64,000 bases of DNA from Microcoleus sp. (GCA_042408215.1 JAYFMW010000020.1:64001-128000), one strand, 5' to 3'; shown: positions 10,101 through 19,305, counted from the first letter of the stretch. The notes: generated from the letters alone by a model not told the origin. Made by a program: numbers and translations.

Positions 10101-10788
10101 AATAAAGTTCGGATAAATTGGAGAGACGGGTGATAGATTCTGGTACGCTCGTCAGTTGGTTGCCACTTAAATTAAGTTCGGATAAATTGGTGAGACGGGT
10201 GATAGATTCTGGTACGCTCGTCTGTTGGTTGCCACTTAAATTAAGTATGGATAAATTGGTGAGATGGGAGATAGATTCTGGTACGCTCGTCAGTTGGTTG
10301 CGACTTAAATTAAGTATGGATAAATTGGTGAGATGGGAGATAGATTCTGGTACGCTCGTCAGTTGGTTGTTCGTTAAAAAAAGTTTGGATAAATTGGTGA
10401 GATGGGAGATAGATTCTGGTACGCTCGTCAGTTGGTTGTCACTTAAAAAAAGTTCGTATAAATTGGTGAGACGGGAGATAGCTTCTGGTACGCTTGTCAG
10501 TTCGTTGTCACTTAAATCAAGTGTGGATAAATTGGTGAGACGGGTGATAGATTCTGGTACGCTTGTCAGTTGGTTGCTACCTAAATCAAGTGTGGATAAC
10601 TTGGTGAGACGGGTGATAGATTCTGGTACGCTCGTCAGTTGGTTGCCACTTAAATTCAACGTTTCCAACCATTCCAACTCAAACACCTCGGTCGGAATTT
10701 CGGTTAATGAATTATTCATCAAATCTAATGCAGTGAAGCGGTGTTGCTTGACTTGTTGAATTTTTTGGCGAATTTCGTCTGTCATCAT
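7129..10788 (-). CDS. Leucine-rich repeat protein, 1219 aa, three capped LRR modules, no catalytic domain seen
   Basis: 44 x 23-aa LTSVPESITRLTNLSxLxLxxNx units in blocks of 17, 14 and 13, separated by LEDPPIEIAKQG...LTEIPTEVFELEWLE cap/linkers. Confidence 0.95.
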   Translation of the reverse strand: MMTDEIRQKIQQVKQHRFTALDLMNNSLTEIPTEVFELEWLETLNLSGNQLTSVPESITRLTKLSTLDLGSNQLTSVPESITRLTNLSTLDLSDNELTSVPEAISRLTNLYELFLSDNQLTSVPESISHLTNLSKLFLTNNQLTSVPESISHLTNLSILNLSRNQLTSVPESISHLTNLSILNLSGNQQTSVPESITRLTNLSELNLSGNQLTSVPESITRLSNLSELYLYNNQLTSVPESITRLTNLSTLDLGSNQLTSVPESITRLTNLSYLYLMGNQLTSVPESITRLTNLSTLFLGSNQLTSVPESITRLTNLSTLFLGSNQLTSVPESITRLTNLSTLDLSENGLTSVPESITRLTNLSTLFLGSNQLTSVPESITRLTNLSKLDLSNNQLTSVPKSITCLTNLSKLDLSNNQLTSVPKSITRLTNLFKLDLGSNPLEDPPIEIAKQGIKAIRKYFRLIQGVKEQRLTELDLSGNSLTEIPTEVFELEWLEKLNLSNNQLTSVPESITRLSNLSELYLVENQLTSVPESITRLTNLSYLDLTRNQLTSVPESITRLTNLSGLDLTRNQLTSLPESITRLTNLSALSLSDNQLTSLPESITRLSNLSILFLSGNQLTSVPESITRLTNLSYLDLSGNQLTSVPESISHLTNLSELYLVENQLTSVPESITRLTNLSELDLSNNQLTSVPESISRLTNLSELYLSNNKLTSVPESISHLTNLSALSLYDNQLTSVPESITRLTNLSTLDLSWNQLTSVPESISHLTNLSELYLGSNQLTSVPESITRLTNLSKLDLSNNQLTSVPKSITCLTNLSTLDLGSNPLEDPPIEIAKQGINAIRKYFRLIQRVKEQRLTELDLRSNSLTEIPTEVFELEWLEKLNLSFNKLTSVPESITRLTNLSTLDLTNNKLTSVPESITRITNLSYLNLYGNKLTSVPESISRLTNLSTLDLSWNQLTSVPESISHLTNLSALSLYGNKLTSVPESITRLTNLSDLNLDSNQLTSVPESISRLSNLSRLNLSNNKLTSVPESIARLTNLSALDLTNNKLTSVPESITRLTNLSALSLSYNQLTSVPESITRLSNLSYLNLGGNGLTSVPETITRLTNLSTLDLSDNELTSVPESITRLTNLSRLALWNNGLTSVPETISRLTNLSQLALWNNGLTSVPESITRLTNLSALDLTNNPLEDPPIEIAEQGINAIREYFRHKQAREDKSI

Positions 10789-10891
10789 TTTTCTGTCCCC
10801 AAATATCTTTAAATATTACACTAAATGGTAAATATCACCGATCGAGCTAAGATTGATCTTAACCCGCCCATACCCGAACTCAGACCCCTCC

Positions 10892-11692
10892 ATGACACCC
10901 GATGTTTCCCCCGGAGCCACTTCCGCCCCCGCCCCTCAAACAACACCCGAAGTCAGCCTCGATATGCAAGTCCGTCTTAAAACAGAAGATGGACAGCTAC
11001 TGCTGCTACTCCCCTCAGAAACTAACACCAGTGAAACACCAACAGCGGCGGCTTCCACTTGGACTGAACTTTGGCAACAGCTAAAAGTTAGGCTAAATGC
11101 AGGAGAAAGGTTTTGGCAGCCCAATGCCGAAGTACAATTGATGGCGAGCGATCGCCTTTTAGATATTCGTCAACTGCAAGACATCGCCGAAGCCCTATCG
11201 GAAGTCGAACTTCAACTAAAACGAGTCCATACCAACCGCCGTCAAACAGCCGTTGCCGCAGCCACCGTCGGCTATTGTGTAGAACAGCAGCCTCCTGTTT
11301 CAACCCTCACTAAAGCCCCCGCAGCCAAACCGCAATCCCTCGCGGAACCTTTATATTTGCAGATGACAGTGCGATCGGGCGTAGAAATTCGCCATCCGGG
11401 CACCGTCGTACTTTTGGGAGATGTCAATCCTGGCGGCGCAGTCATCGCCGGAGGCGATATCCTGATTTGGGGCCGTTTGCGAGGCGTCGTTCATGCTGGT
11501 GCTGGCGGCAACACCAAAAGCGTGATTATGACCTTGCAGATGGAACCGATGATGATTAGGATTGCTAAATATGTTGCCAGAGGCCCAGAAACCCCGCCCG
11601 CTCAGTTTTTCCCGGAAGTCGCCTACGTGACACCTCAAGGGATTCGGATTGGCAGAGCTTCTGATTTTGACAAAACGCAGTTGATGGGTTAG
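10892..11692 (+). CDS. minC: Septum site-determining protein MinC
   Basis: TVRSGVEIRHPGTVVLLGDVNPGG...WGRLRGVVHAGAGG; lies upstream of minD and minE. Confidence 0.93.
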   Translation: MTPDVSPGATSAPAPQTTPEVSLDMQVRLKTEDGQLLLLLPSETNTSETPTAAASTWTELWQQLKVRLNAGERFWQPNAEVQLMASDRLLDIRQLQDIAEALSEVELQLKRVHTNRRQTAVAAATVGYCVEQQPPVSTLTKAPAAKPQSLAEPLYLQMTVRSGVEIRHPGTVVLLGDVNPGGAVIAGGDILIWGRLRGVVHAGAGGNTKSVIMTLQMEPMMIRIAKYVARGPETPPAQFFPEVAYVTPQGIRIGRASDFDKTQLMG

Positions 11693-11699
11693 TGATGAT

Positions 11700-12014
11700 T
11701 GGTTAGTTGTTATTGGTTAGTTGTTATTGGTTAGTTGTTATTGGTTAGTTGTTATTTTAGTCCTGGACGCAACTGGCACACGACCATTGACTTGTAGGGT
11801 GCGTCAGACTTTCGTTATAGGACGAGGATCGAGGCTTTGGGATAGTAGAGCACCTTACTAATTGTGACACTTGGCCTTAGTCCTGTATTTGTTAGTTGTT
11901 ATTTTAGTCCTGGACGCATCAAAACCAAAGAAACCGGGTTTTTGCCGTTTTGCGGTCTGTAGCGCGTCTTATCGCCAAAAAACCCGGTTTCTGACCACCC
12001 GTGCGTAAGTCCTA
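11700..12014. repeat. (GGTTAGTTGTTATT)n run plus two tandem mini-cassettes with palindromic cargo ending in (GCGT)AAGTCCT-like motifs
   Basis: GTTAGTTGTTATTTTAGTCCTGGACGCA duplicated at about 11744 and 11891; AGAAACCGGGTTTTT...AAAAACCCGGTTTCT palindrome; GTGCGTAAGTCCTA at 12001. Confidence 0.7.
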
Positions 12015-12038
12015 TAAAATCTAAATCTAAAATCGCTT

Positions 12039-12845
12039 ATGGCTCGCATTATTGTTGTTACATCAGGGAAAGGCGGAGTTGGCAAAACCACCTCGACAGC
12101 CAATCTCGGCATGGCTTTAGCTAAGCGGGGGCGCAATGTTGCCGTGATTGATGCCGATTTCGGTCTCAGAAACTTAGACTTGCTGCTGGGCTTAGAAAAT
12201 CGCATTGTTTACACTGCACTCGAAGTGCTCGCAGGAGAGTGTCGCTTAGAGCAAGCTTTGGTGAAAGATAAGCGTCAGCCGCGTTTGGTACTGTTGCCGG
12301 CAGCCCAAACTCGGATGAAAGATGCCATTAGCGCTTCGCAAATGAAGCAACTGGTTGAGATGTTGAGCGGTAAGTACGACTATATTTTGATCGACTCTCC
12401 GGCGGGAATTGAACAAGGTTTTCAAAATGCGATCGCCCCGGCTCAAGAAGGTGTGATTGTCACTACTCCAGAAATCGCTGCTGTCAGAGATGCCGATCGA
12501 GTCATCGGCTTGCTGGAAGCCAACAACGTCAAGAAAATCAACCTAATCGTCAACCGGATCAGACCCGCAATGGTACTCGCCAATGATATGATGTCGGTGC
12601 AAGACGTGCGGGAAATTCTCGCCATACCGCTGCTGGGCGTAGTTCCTGATGACGAGCGCGTCATTGTTTCCACCAACCGAGGGGAACCATTAGTATTATC
12701 AGAAACACCTTCTTTGGCTGGAACAGCCTTCGACAATATTGCTCGCCGCTTGGAAGGGGAAAAAGTCGATTTTCTCGATCTAAATCCCCGTCCCGAAACC
12801 TTTTTTAGTCGCCTCCTCAAGTTTCTCAACACTAAAATTATCTGA
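12039..12845 (+). CDS. minD: Septum site-determining ATPase MinD
   Basis: SGKGGVGKTT, DFGLRNLDLLLGLENR, DSPAGIE, VRDADR, C-terminal amphipathic helix. Confidence 0.97.
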   Translation: MARIIVVTSGKGGVGKTTSTANLGMALAKRGRNVAVIDADFGLRNLDLLLGLENRIVYTALEVLAGECRLEQALVKDKRQPRLVLLPAAQTRMKDAISASQMKQLVEMLSGKYDYILIDSPAGIEQGFQNAIAPAQEGVIVTTPEIAAVRDADRVIGLLEANNVKKINLIVNRIRPAMVLANDMMSVQDVREILAIPLLGVVPDDERVIVSTNRGEPLVLSETPSLAGTAFDNIARRLEGEKVDFLDLNPRPETFFSRLLKFLNTKII

Positions 12846-12941
12846 TTTGTCTAGCCTGGATTTTCCCAAAGTTATAGCAACCGCCAAGACGGTTAGGATA
12901 TTCTTAATCGCTGAAGCCATTGCTATTATTCCTTTTTTGTA

Positions 12942-13015
12942 CCCTTGTTCCTTGTTCCTTGTTCCTTGTTCCTTGTTCCTTGTTCCTTGTTCCTTGTTCC
13001 TTCTTGCTTCTTCCT
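12942..13015. repeat. Heptamer tandem repeat (CCTTGTT)n
   Basis: About 8 perfect copies between minD and minE. Confidence 0.9.
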
Positions 13016-13064
13016 TCGGTTATAACTTTTTCTATGCCTAATCCTTGACAAATGAGTACAACCC

Positions 13065-13385
13065 ATGCTATATACACTTTTCGATCGCCTTTTCCCGTCC
13101 ACGTCTGACAACAGCCGCGATGAGGTCAAACGCCGCCTCAAACTGGTTCTCGCCCACGATCGGTCAGAACTCAGCCCAGAAATGGTTGAGTCGATGCGCC
13201 GAGAAATTCTGGAGGTGGTGTCTCGCTATGTGGAAATCGATACCATCGGGTCAGAGTTTTCGCTCTCCAGCGACCAGCGGTCTACAGCACTGATTGCAAA
13301 TCTCCCCATCCGGCGAGTTAGGCTCGATACAGTACCGGCAAATTTACCGGAGTATGTAGTCGAAAGTCTAGCGGATCAGGACTAA
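13065..13385 (+). CDS. minE: Cell division topological specificity factor MinE
   Basis: [43 protein letters not shown]. Confidence 0.95.
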   Translation: MLYTLFDRLFPSTSDNSRDEVKRRLKLVLAHDRSELSPEMVESMRREILEVVSRYVEIDTIGSEFSLSSDQRSTALIANLPIRRVRLDTVPANLPEYVVESLADQD

Positions 13386-14575
13386 TAATTCATCGCTCTT
13401 TCCAGAGGTGATTGTAACTGGAGTTCTAAAGGTCGATCGGGGCGAATTAGCATACCGGGTAAATCATTTTTTACTAATATTTTTTCGCCTATTTCAGCAG
13501 TGGCGCTCGGCCAAAGTACCCAACGACTGCCTTGGGGAAGAGTGCTTAAACTTGCAGACTCTTTGAGATCATATTGAGTCAGCCAAATAATCGGCAGTTT
13601 GGGCGGTTTCTCACTCTTCGACAAAATACTATCTTCCCCTGCATTAACTGCTGCTAAAGTTTCCAAAACTACCCGGTTCCCGGATACGAGTCCACTTCCA
13701 GCAGTCCAAAGTTTGACGTTTAACAGGCGCTTGCTAGCATAGAAGTATAGGGACGCAGCTACTGTCACGGCTCGTTCAAATTCCTTTGGCTGCCATGTCG
13801 CACCGCTGTCGAGAGCAATAATAATTTCTTGACCGCCGGCTGCAACTTCTAACTCCCGCACCCGCAGTTCACCGTAGCGGGCGCTGGTGCGCCAGTGAAT
13901 CAAACGGGTGGGGTCTCCGTGTCGGTAAGGTCTCAGGGTGCGAGTGAGTCCTTCGGTGGCATTTTGCGATCTCCTGCGATCGTACAATTGCGGACTGTCT
14001 TCTTGACCGATGCGATCGATCAAAGGACAAGTGCTCAACGGCAAAACCTGCGGGTAAACCACCGCCACCGCTTTCGCCGGCTGGCTGCGCCGACACCAAA
14101 ACAACCCCAAAGGTGCTCCTGTCTTCAAGTGTACCTCTTGCCAGCGATAGATGCCCCGCTGCTTGACTTCCAGGTAGTATATATCCCTGTAAATACTGGC
14201 GGGCGCGATGACCTCGATCGGGCGGAAAACCTGCTCTCCTAGTACAAATGGCAGAATGTCTCTGATTTGCAACAGGGTTTTAGGTTCGTGGGAGCGATTT
14301 TCGATTTCTAGTTCGATCGTAATTTGGTCGCCGGCACTCACCGGTTCGATCGGGCGACGACGGACTTCTAAGGATTCGAGCGATCGAGCCGGCAAAACCG
14401 CCGCTATTCCCAACAGCGCCAAACTCACTCCGCTGAGAAGGTACAGCCACCCAGCCATTGTATTAGCCGCAGAGCCAAAAAAGAAAACAGTCAGCCCGAC
14501 CAACAGCCCGCCCGCATAAGCAGGAGTTACAGCGCGAGTTTCGAGCCAGTCGGCAATTTTGTGACCGATGTTCAT
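13382..14575 (-). CDS. DUF58 domain-containing membrane protein
   Basis: N-terminal TM helices, [34 protein letters not shown]. Confidence 0.88.
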   Translation of the reverse strand: MNIGHKIADWLETRAVTPAYAGGLLVGLTVFFFGSAANTMAGWLYLLSGVSLALLGIAAVLPARSLESLEVRRRPIEPVSAGDQITIELEIENRSHEPKTLLQIRDILPFVLGEQVFRPIEVIAPASIYRDIYYLEVKQRGIYRWQEVHLKTGAPLGLFWCRRSQPAKAVAVVYPQVLPLSTCPLIDRIGQEDSPQLYDRRRSQNATEGLTRTLRPYRHGDPTRLIHWRTSARYGELRVRELEVAAGGQEIIIALDSGATWQPKEFERAVTVAASLYFYASKRLLNVKLWTAGSGLVSGNRVVLETLAAVNAGEDSILSKSEKPPKLPIIWLTQYDLKESASLSTLPQGSRWVLWPSATAEIGEKILVKNDLPGMLIRPDRPLELQLQSPLERAMNY

Positions 14576-14656
14576 AAAAGTTGAAATTGTTAATTGCTGA
14601 ACTATCGCCTAAGAGAGAGAGAGAGACTAATTGCAAATTATTATAATTTAACTTAC

Positions 14657-16030
14657 ACCGCCGGGAAGTCCCCCGCTCTACCTGTACCCAGGTGAGCGGT
14701 GGGATGATAGGCCCGTCAACGTAGGTACGGAGTTGACCAAATCTTTTTTCAGTATTATGTAGTAATATATTCAGACCAGGAGGTGATCTTGAGTGCTACA
14801 TCAAGCTGTACAAGTCCGTCTGTATCCAACTGCATTGCAAGAAGCACTACTAGCCCAAACATTTGGATGTTCGCGTTGGTGGTGGAATTATGCCTTAAAT
14901 AAATCCATTCAGGTTTATCAAGATACGGGTAAAGGGCTGGGACAGGTAGCACTCAACGCCCTACTACCTAAGCTCAAAAAAGCCGAAGATACGCTGTGGT
15001 TAGCTAATTGTTACAGTCAAGTTTTACAAGCTACAACACTTAATTTAACCACTGCTTACAAAAACTTTTTTGAGCAACGTGCAGGTTTCCCTAAGTTTAA
15101 ATCTAAACATGGCAAACAGTCAATTCAATATCCTCAAAACGTCAAAATTGTTGATGGTAATGTCAAACTTCCTGGCAAGATTGGGATAGTCAAAGCCAAA
15201 ATACATAGACTAATTGAGGGGAAAATCAAGACTGTAACTATTAGTAAAACACCATCAGGCAAATATTTGGCATCTATCCTAACAGAAATTGAAGGGGAAA
15301 ATCAAAATGTTTCAGAAGGTAAGATTTACGGTATTGATTTAGGGTTAAAACACTTTGCTGTTGTCACTGATGGCGAAAATGTTTCTAAATACGATCATCC
15401 TAAACACCTTGCTAAACATGAGAAAAATCTCAAACGCAAACAGAAAAAATTAGCGCGTAAACACAAAGGGAGTAAATCCAGAAATAAATATCGTCAAGTT
15501 GTTGCCACATTGTACGAACGAGTTAGTAATTCCCGGCAAGATTTTCTACATAAACTTAGTCATAAGTTGGTCAGCGATAGCCAAGCTGTTATAGTAGAGA
15601 ATCTTAATGTCAAAGGCATGGTTCGTAATCATAAATTGGCGAAGGCAATATCTGATGCAGGATGGGGAACTTTCACAAATTTCTTGGCTTACAAACTAGA
15701 ACGAAAAGGCGCTAAGTTAGTTGAGATTGATAGATGGTTTCCCAGTTCCAAACTCTGTTCTAATTGTTTCTATCAAGTCAGTGAGATGCCATTAGATGTT
15801 CGTGAATGGACTTGTCCTAATTGTGGTACTGATCGTGACCGAGATGGAAACGCAGCTATCAATATTAGAGCAGAGGGGATCAGAATGCTAAAGACGGATG
15901 GTTCAGCCGTTTCTGCTGTAGGAGGGGATGTCAGACCCCATCTTGGGCGAAAGTCTAAGATGGGGCATTCGCCTGTGAGTACAGAAGCCGACACTGTACT
16001 TGGTACTCCAAGTCAGTGTGGGTAGTTCAC
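14657..16030 (+). mobile_element. IS200/IS605-family tnpB-only element (IS1341-like); left boundary approximate
   Basis: Left hairpin GAAG-TCCCCCGCTCTACCTG..CAGGTGAGCGGTGGGA at about 14665-14705; right end GAAGCCGACACTG...CAGTGTGGGTAGTTCAC (GAAG/TCAC pair). Confidence 0.8.
14793..16025 (+). CDS. tnpB: RNA-guided endonuclease TnpB, apparently intact
   Basis: VRLYPT HTH, FPKFKSK, RuvC GIDLG / IVENL / DRDGNAAIN, Zn finger CSNC..CPNC. GTG start preceded by AGGAGG. Confidence 0.95.
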   Translation: MLHQAVQVRLYPTALQEALLAQTFGCSRWWWNYALNKSIQVYQDTGKGLGQVALNALLPKLKKAEDTLWLANCYSQVLQATTLNLTTAYKNFFEQRAGFPKFKSKHGKQSIQYPQNVKIVDGNVKLPGKIGIVKAKIHRLIEGKIKTVTISKTPSGKYLASILTEIEGENQNVSEGKIYGIDLGLKHFAVVTDGENVSKYDHPKHLAKHEKNLKRKQKKLARKHKGSKSRNKYRQVVATLYERVSNSRQDFLHKLSHKLVSDSQAVIVENLNVKGMVRNHKLAKAISDAGWGTFTNFLAYKLERKGAKLVEIDRWFPSSKLCSNCFYQVSEMPLDVREWTCPNCGTDRDRDGNAAINIRAEGIRMLKTDGSAVSAVGGDVRPHLGRKSKMGHSPVSTEADTVLGTPSQCG

Positions 16031-16108
16031 CACCGAATTAGCTCTTAGCGATTAGATTGGAAATCTGCCATTTTTTAGCAAAAAATCTACATTGACCGGA
16101 GACAAAAA

Positions 16109-17374
16109 ATGAACCCCTTAAATAATCCTACACCCGTTAGACCAGACGCCCAAGCCCGCCGATCGCCACCGCCACCACCGCCCTTGGCTATCACTCCCCC
16201 ACCTCCTGCTCCCGCGCCCTCAGCCCCGCAGCCTCAAGAGACTCCCCTCAGTACGATCGAGCAAATGGTCAGAGATGCCCATAGCGCCGGAGCTTCCGAC
16301 ATTCACATTCGAGTCGGCCTTCTGCCTCGATTTCGGATTCGGGGCGTGATGCAAGTAGCCACCAGTCACCCCAAAGTAACACCAGAAATTTTTGAACATT
16401 ACTTGGCAGAAATTCTCACCCCCGAACAGCGAAAACAATTTGTAAGTAGCAAGGAATTGGATACAGCTATTTTTTACCCAGGCTTTGTGCGGTGTCGGCT
16501 AAACTGTTTTGATTCCCTCAACGGCGGCGCGATCGTATTGCGTTTGATCGGTTTGAACATACCTACTATCGACTCCTTGAGGTTGCCAGAAGTCCTCAAA
16601 AATATCATCCTGCGCTCCCAGGGATTAATATTAGTTACGGGGCCTACTGGTTCAGGAAAATCGACAACAGTGGCTGCGATGATCGACCACCTCAACCAGA
16701 TGGAGCAAAAGCACATAGTTACAATTGAAGACCCGATCGAATTCATTCACCCTTCTAAAAAATGTTTGGTCAGCCAGCGGGAAGTAGGCTTACACACCCA
16801 CGAATTTCAACAAGCTTTGCGGGCTGTTTTGCGGGAAGATCCCGATGTCATTCTGATTGGGGAAATGCGCGATCGTGTCACCATCAATACAGCTTTGCAA
16901 GCAGCTCAAACTGGTCACTTAGTCTTGGGAACTCTCCACACTCGCAGCGCCATTAACGCTATCAACCGGTTGTTGAATATGTACCCCCCTGAGGAACAGC
17001 AGGGGATGCGGATTCAAATCTGCGACTCTTTGGTGGCTGTAGTTGCACAACTTTTGCTACCAACAGTTGACAACCGTCGCGTCGCAGTTCACGACATTTT
17101 AGTTAATACGCCTGCTATGCACGATTACTTGATGAAAGGTGATGAGGACGAAGCTTTCCGGTTGATGGAACATGATACTTACGAAGGAATGCAGCTTATT
17201 AACCAGGCTCTCTATAAAGTTGTGCTTGAGGGGAGAGTTACGATCGAAGAAGCAGCGAAAGCTTCTCCCGACGCCAGCGATTTAGACCGTCGCTTGCGGA
17301 CAGGAGGCTACGATGCTGCGGATGCTCGCGACTTTAAAGGCAGCAAAAAAGAACGCAGCGTTAGTGCTAGGTAG
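16109..17374 (+). CDS. pilT: Type IV pilus retraction ATPase PilT (paralog with Pro-rich N-terminus)
   Basis: ASDIHI, GPTGSGKSTT, TIEDPIE, LREDPDVILIGEMRD, GHLVLGTLHT. Confidence 0.9.
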   Translation: MNPLNNPTPVRPDAQARRSPPPPPPLAITPPPPAPAPSAPQPQETPLSTIEQMVRDAHSAGASDIHIRVGLLPRFRIRGVMQVATSHPKVTPEIFEHYLAEILTPEQRKQFVSSKELDTAIFYPGFVRCRLNCFDSLNGGAIVLRLIGLNIPTIDSLRLPEVLKNIILRSQGLILVTGPTGSGKSTTVAAMIDHLNQMEQKHIVTIEDPIEFIHPSKKCLVSQREVGLHTHEFQQALRAVLREDPDVILIGEMRDRVTINTALQAAQTGHLVLGTLHTRSAINAINRLLNMYPPEEQQGMRIQICDSLVAVVAQLLLPTVDNRRVAVHDILVNTPAMHDYLMKGDEDEAFRLMEHDTYEGMQLINQALYKVVLEGRVTIEEAAKASPDASDLDRRLRTGGYDAADARDFKGSKKERSVSAR

Positions 17375-17387
17375 TAGCGCCAAACTG

Positions 17388-17417
17388 AAGGGTAGAGAAC
17401 ATCAGCCTCTACCCTTT
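17388..17417 (+). terminator. Putative terminator hairpin after pilT
   Basis: AAGGGTAGAG...CTCTACCCTTT stem. Confidence 0.5.
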
Positions 17418-17552
17418 GCCTTGTATGTTAATTTATGTGTGTTTTTAATTTATTTCGGTCGATCGCCCGCACGGAAAATCCCTTGTTTGATTTTTCGATT
17501 CTCCACCCTGGGGGTGCGACTACATCTGGCTGATTGTTAAGTTTGTTTGGGG

Positions 17553-18934
17553 TATTGTCCAGGACGTAAATTACCCAGACATTCTGGACTTTTTCCGACC
17601 CAGCTACGAGAACACATTTATAGTTGATTGACAAACCATAATACAAGCGTTAAACTGATATTAGCATTCGTTTTGACAGTTTATAAAATGCTGCTGGGTT
17701 TTAAAACCGAACTTAACCCCAACAATAAACAACGTACTTTGCTGGCTAAATCAGCAGGGGTAGCTAGATATGCTTACAATTGGGGTCTTCAAATTTTAAT
17801 TACCAGCTTAGAACATCATAAAACTCAACCAGAAAACCAAATTAAATTACCAACTGCCATAGATCTGAATAAGCGATTTACGGCTGAGGTAAAATCAGAA
17901 AACCCTTGGACTTATGAAGTGTCGAAAGGATGTCATAATTATGCTACCCGCCATGTTAGAGATGCTTTAAACAATTTCTTTAAACAACCAGAAAAGGGAT
18001 TTCCCAACTTCAAAAAGAAAGGATTTCACGATAGTTTTACTTGTGATGGTTCCACAATAGTCTGTTCTACTTGGGTAAAGATTCCTAATATTGGTAAGGT
18101 CAGAACTTTTGAAAAATTACCAGCTTTGGGAAAAGTTAAAAGTTTCACCATTAGTAAAAAAGCAGATAAGTGGTTTGTAAGTTTCAAGAGAGAAACACCG
18201 TCACAGCCAATGAGAGAACCAATCGAAGTTGTAGGTGTTGATCAGGGAATTAAATCACTAGCAACTTTAAGCAATGGTCAAGTTATCCCCAATATAAAAC
18301 CTCTGAAAGCGGCTCTAGGAAGACTTAGACAATTATCTCGGTCACTTAGTCGCCAGCAAAAAGGAACCGCATCTTATCAGGAAGCAAAGATTAAATTAGG
18401 ACGGTTTCATTCGCACGTTGCGAATATCAGAAAAGACTATCTGCACAAATTAACTACATGGCTGGCCAAAACTTTTGATGCGATCTGTATTGAAGATTTA
18501 AACGTTAAAGGGATGCTGAAAAACCCTAAATGAGCTTCGCGCTATAGCCGATTTAGGTTTGTTTGAATTCCGAAGACAGTTGGAATATAAATGCCAGTTG
18601 TATGGTTCACATTTAGTAATAGTTGACCGCTGGTATCCGTCTTCTAAATCATGTTCTAATTGTGGACATAAACAAGATTTGACTCTTGCTGATAGAGTAT
18701 ATAAGTGTGAAAACTGTGGTCATGTCCAAGATAGAGATGAAAATGCCGCCGTTAATTTAAAACACGAAGGTTTAAGAGTTTTAAAACTTTCCTTGTACAG
18801 CCCGTAGCTTACGGGCGATCGGCCTGTGGATGGGATCGGATTACTGACCGTGAGAAGCAGGAAGAAAACACTAAAACTATTTAATCTCCGGTTGGTCGGG
18901 GTTTATTTGGTTTTGGGTAAGTTTTTCAGAGCGG
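17553..18934 (+). mobile_element. Non-autonomous IS607-type element (tnpB only, no serine recombinase); left end approximate
   Basis: Right end GAAGCAGGAAG...GGGTAAGTTTTTCAGAGCGG as seen in IS607-like elements. TTACCCA and CCGACC motifs at the left recur inverted at the right. No IS605-type terminal hairpins. Confidence 0.6.
17688..18807 (+). pseudogene. tnpB: TnpB pseudogene (IS607-associated type)
   Basis: MLLGFKTEL.., GVDQGI, IEDLNV, then TGA at 18531-18533 plus a frame change; continues AIADLGLFEFRRQLEYK..CSNC..CENC..DRDENAA. Confidence 0.85.
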
Positions 18935-19305
18935 TTACTTTACATTAACTTTAAAAATCCGCGAAAACTCGTAGGTGATTGCAAAGAAATGGTAAAGATA
19001 GGTTTTGACTGTTGGCAACAGCCAGGAACTTGAGTTTATAATTGTAGAGACAAAATTATTACAAAAAAGGTTCCGACTCTACCAATCCCAAAAGTAAGCA
19101 GGTTGAAAAAGCACTTAATAAAACTACAAGTAGGCTGAATACAAGCATTAGTGGAGGAGCCGAGCGCCTGTCTTTCCGATTAAGTCGCTTTCAGTCTAAA
19201 AAATCCTGAAACCCAGCTAACTTTTTAAAGCTCCTATCCCTCTAAAATCTGTTTAACAACCCTGAAAAAGCAACCCGATCGCTATAAAATCAAGGAGAAA
19301 GTAAA

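Noticed and set aside
7230..10660. CRISPR-like repeat/spacer appearance of the 69-bp array
   Set aside because: The period is an exact codon multiple within one open LRR frame, the variable parts are short and related to each other, and no cas genes are present.
7178..10759. Plus-strand ORFs (RRVIDSGTLVS repeats)
   Set aside because: Antisense shadows of the LRR gene.
7129..10788. Diversity-generating retroelement target
   Set aside because: Variation is not restricted to adenines, and no reverse transcriptase or template repeat is in the window.
12847..13141. Small ORFs such as FLVPCSL/EQGTRNK (also at 29756, 30832, 30890, 32764-33241 and 51296)
   Set aside because: Translations of heptamer tandem repeats, with no protein signature.
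18531..18533. TGA read-through or selenocysteine in TnpB
   Set aside because: The downstream homology is in another frame, so read-through alone cannot restore the protein.
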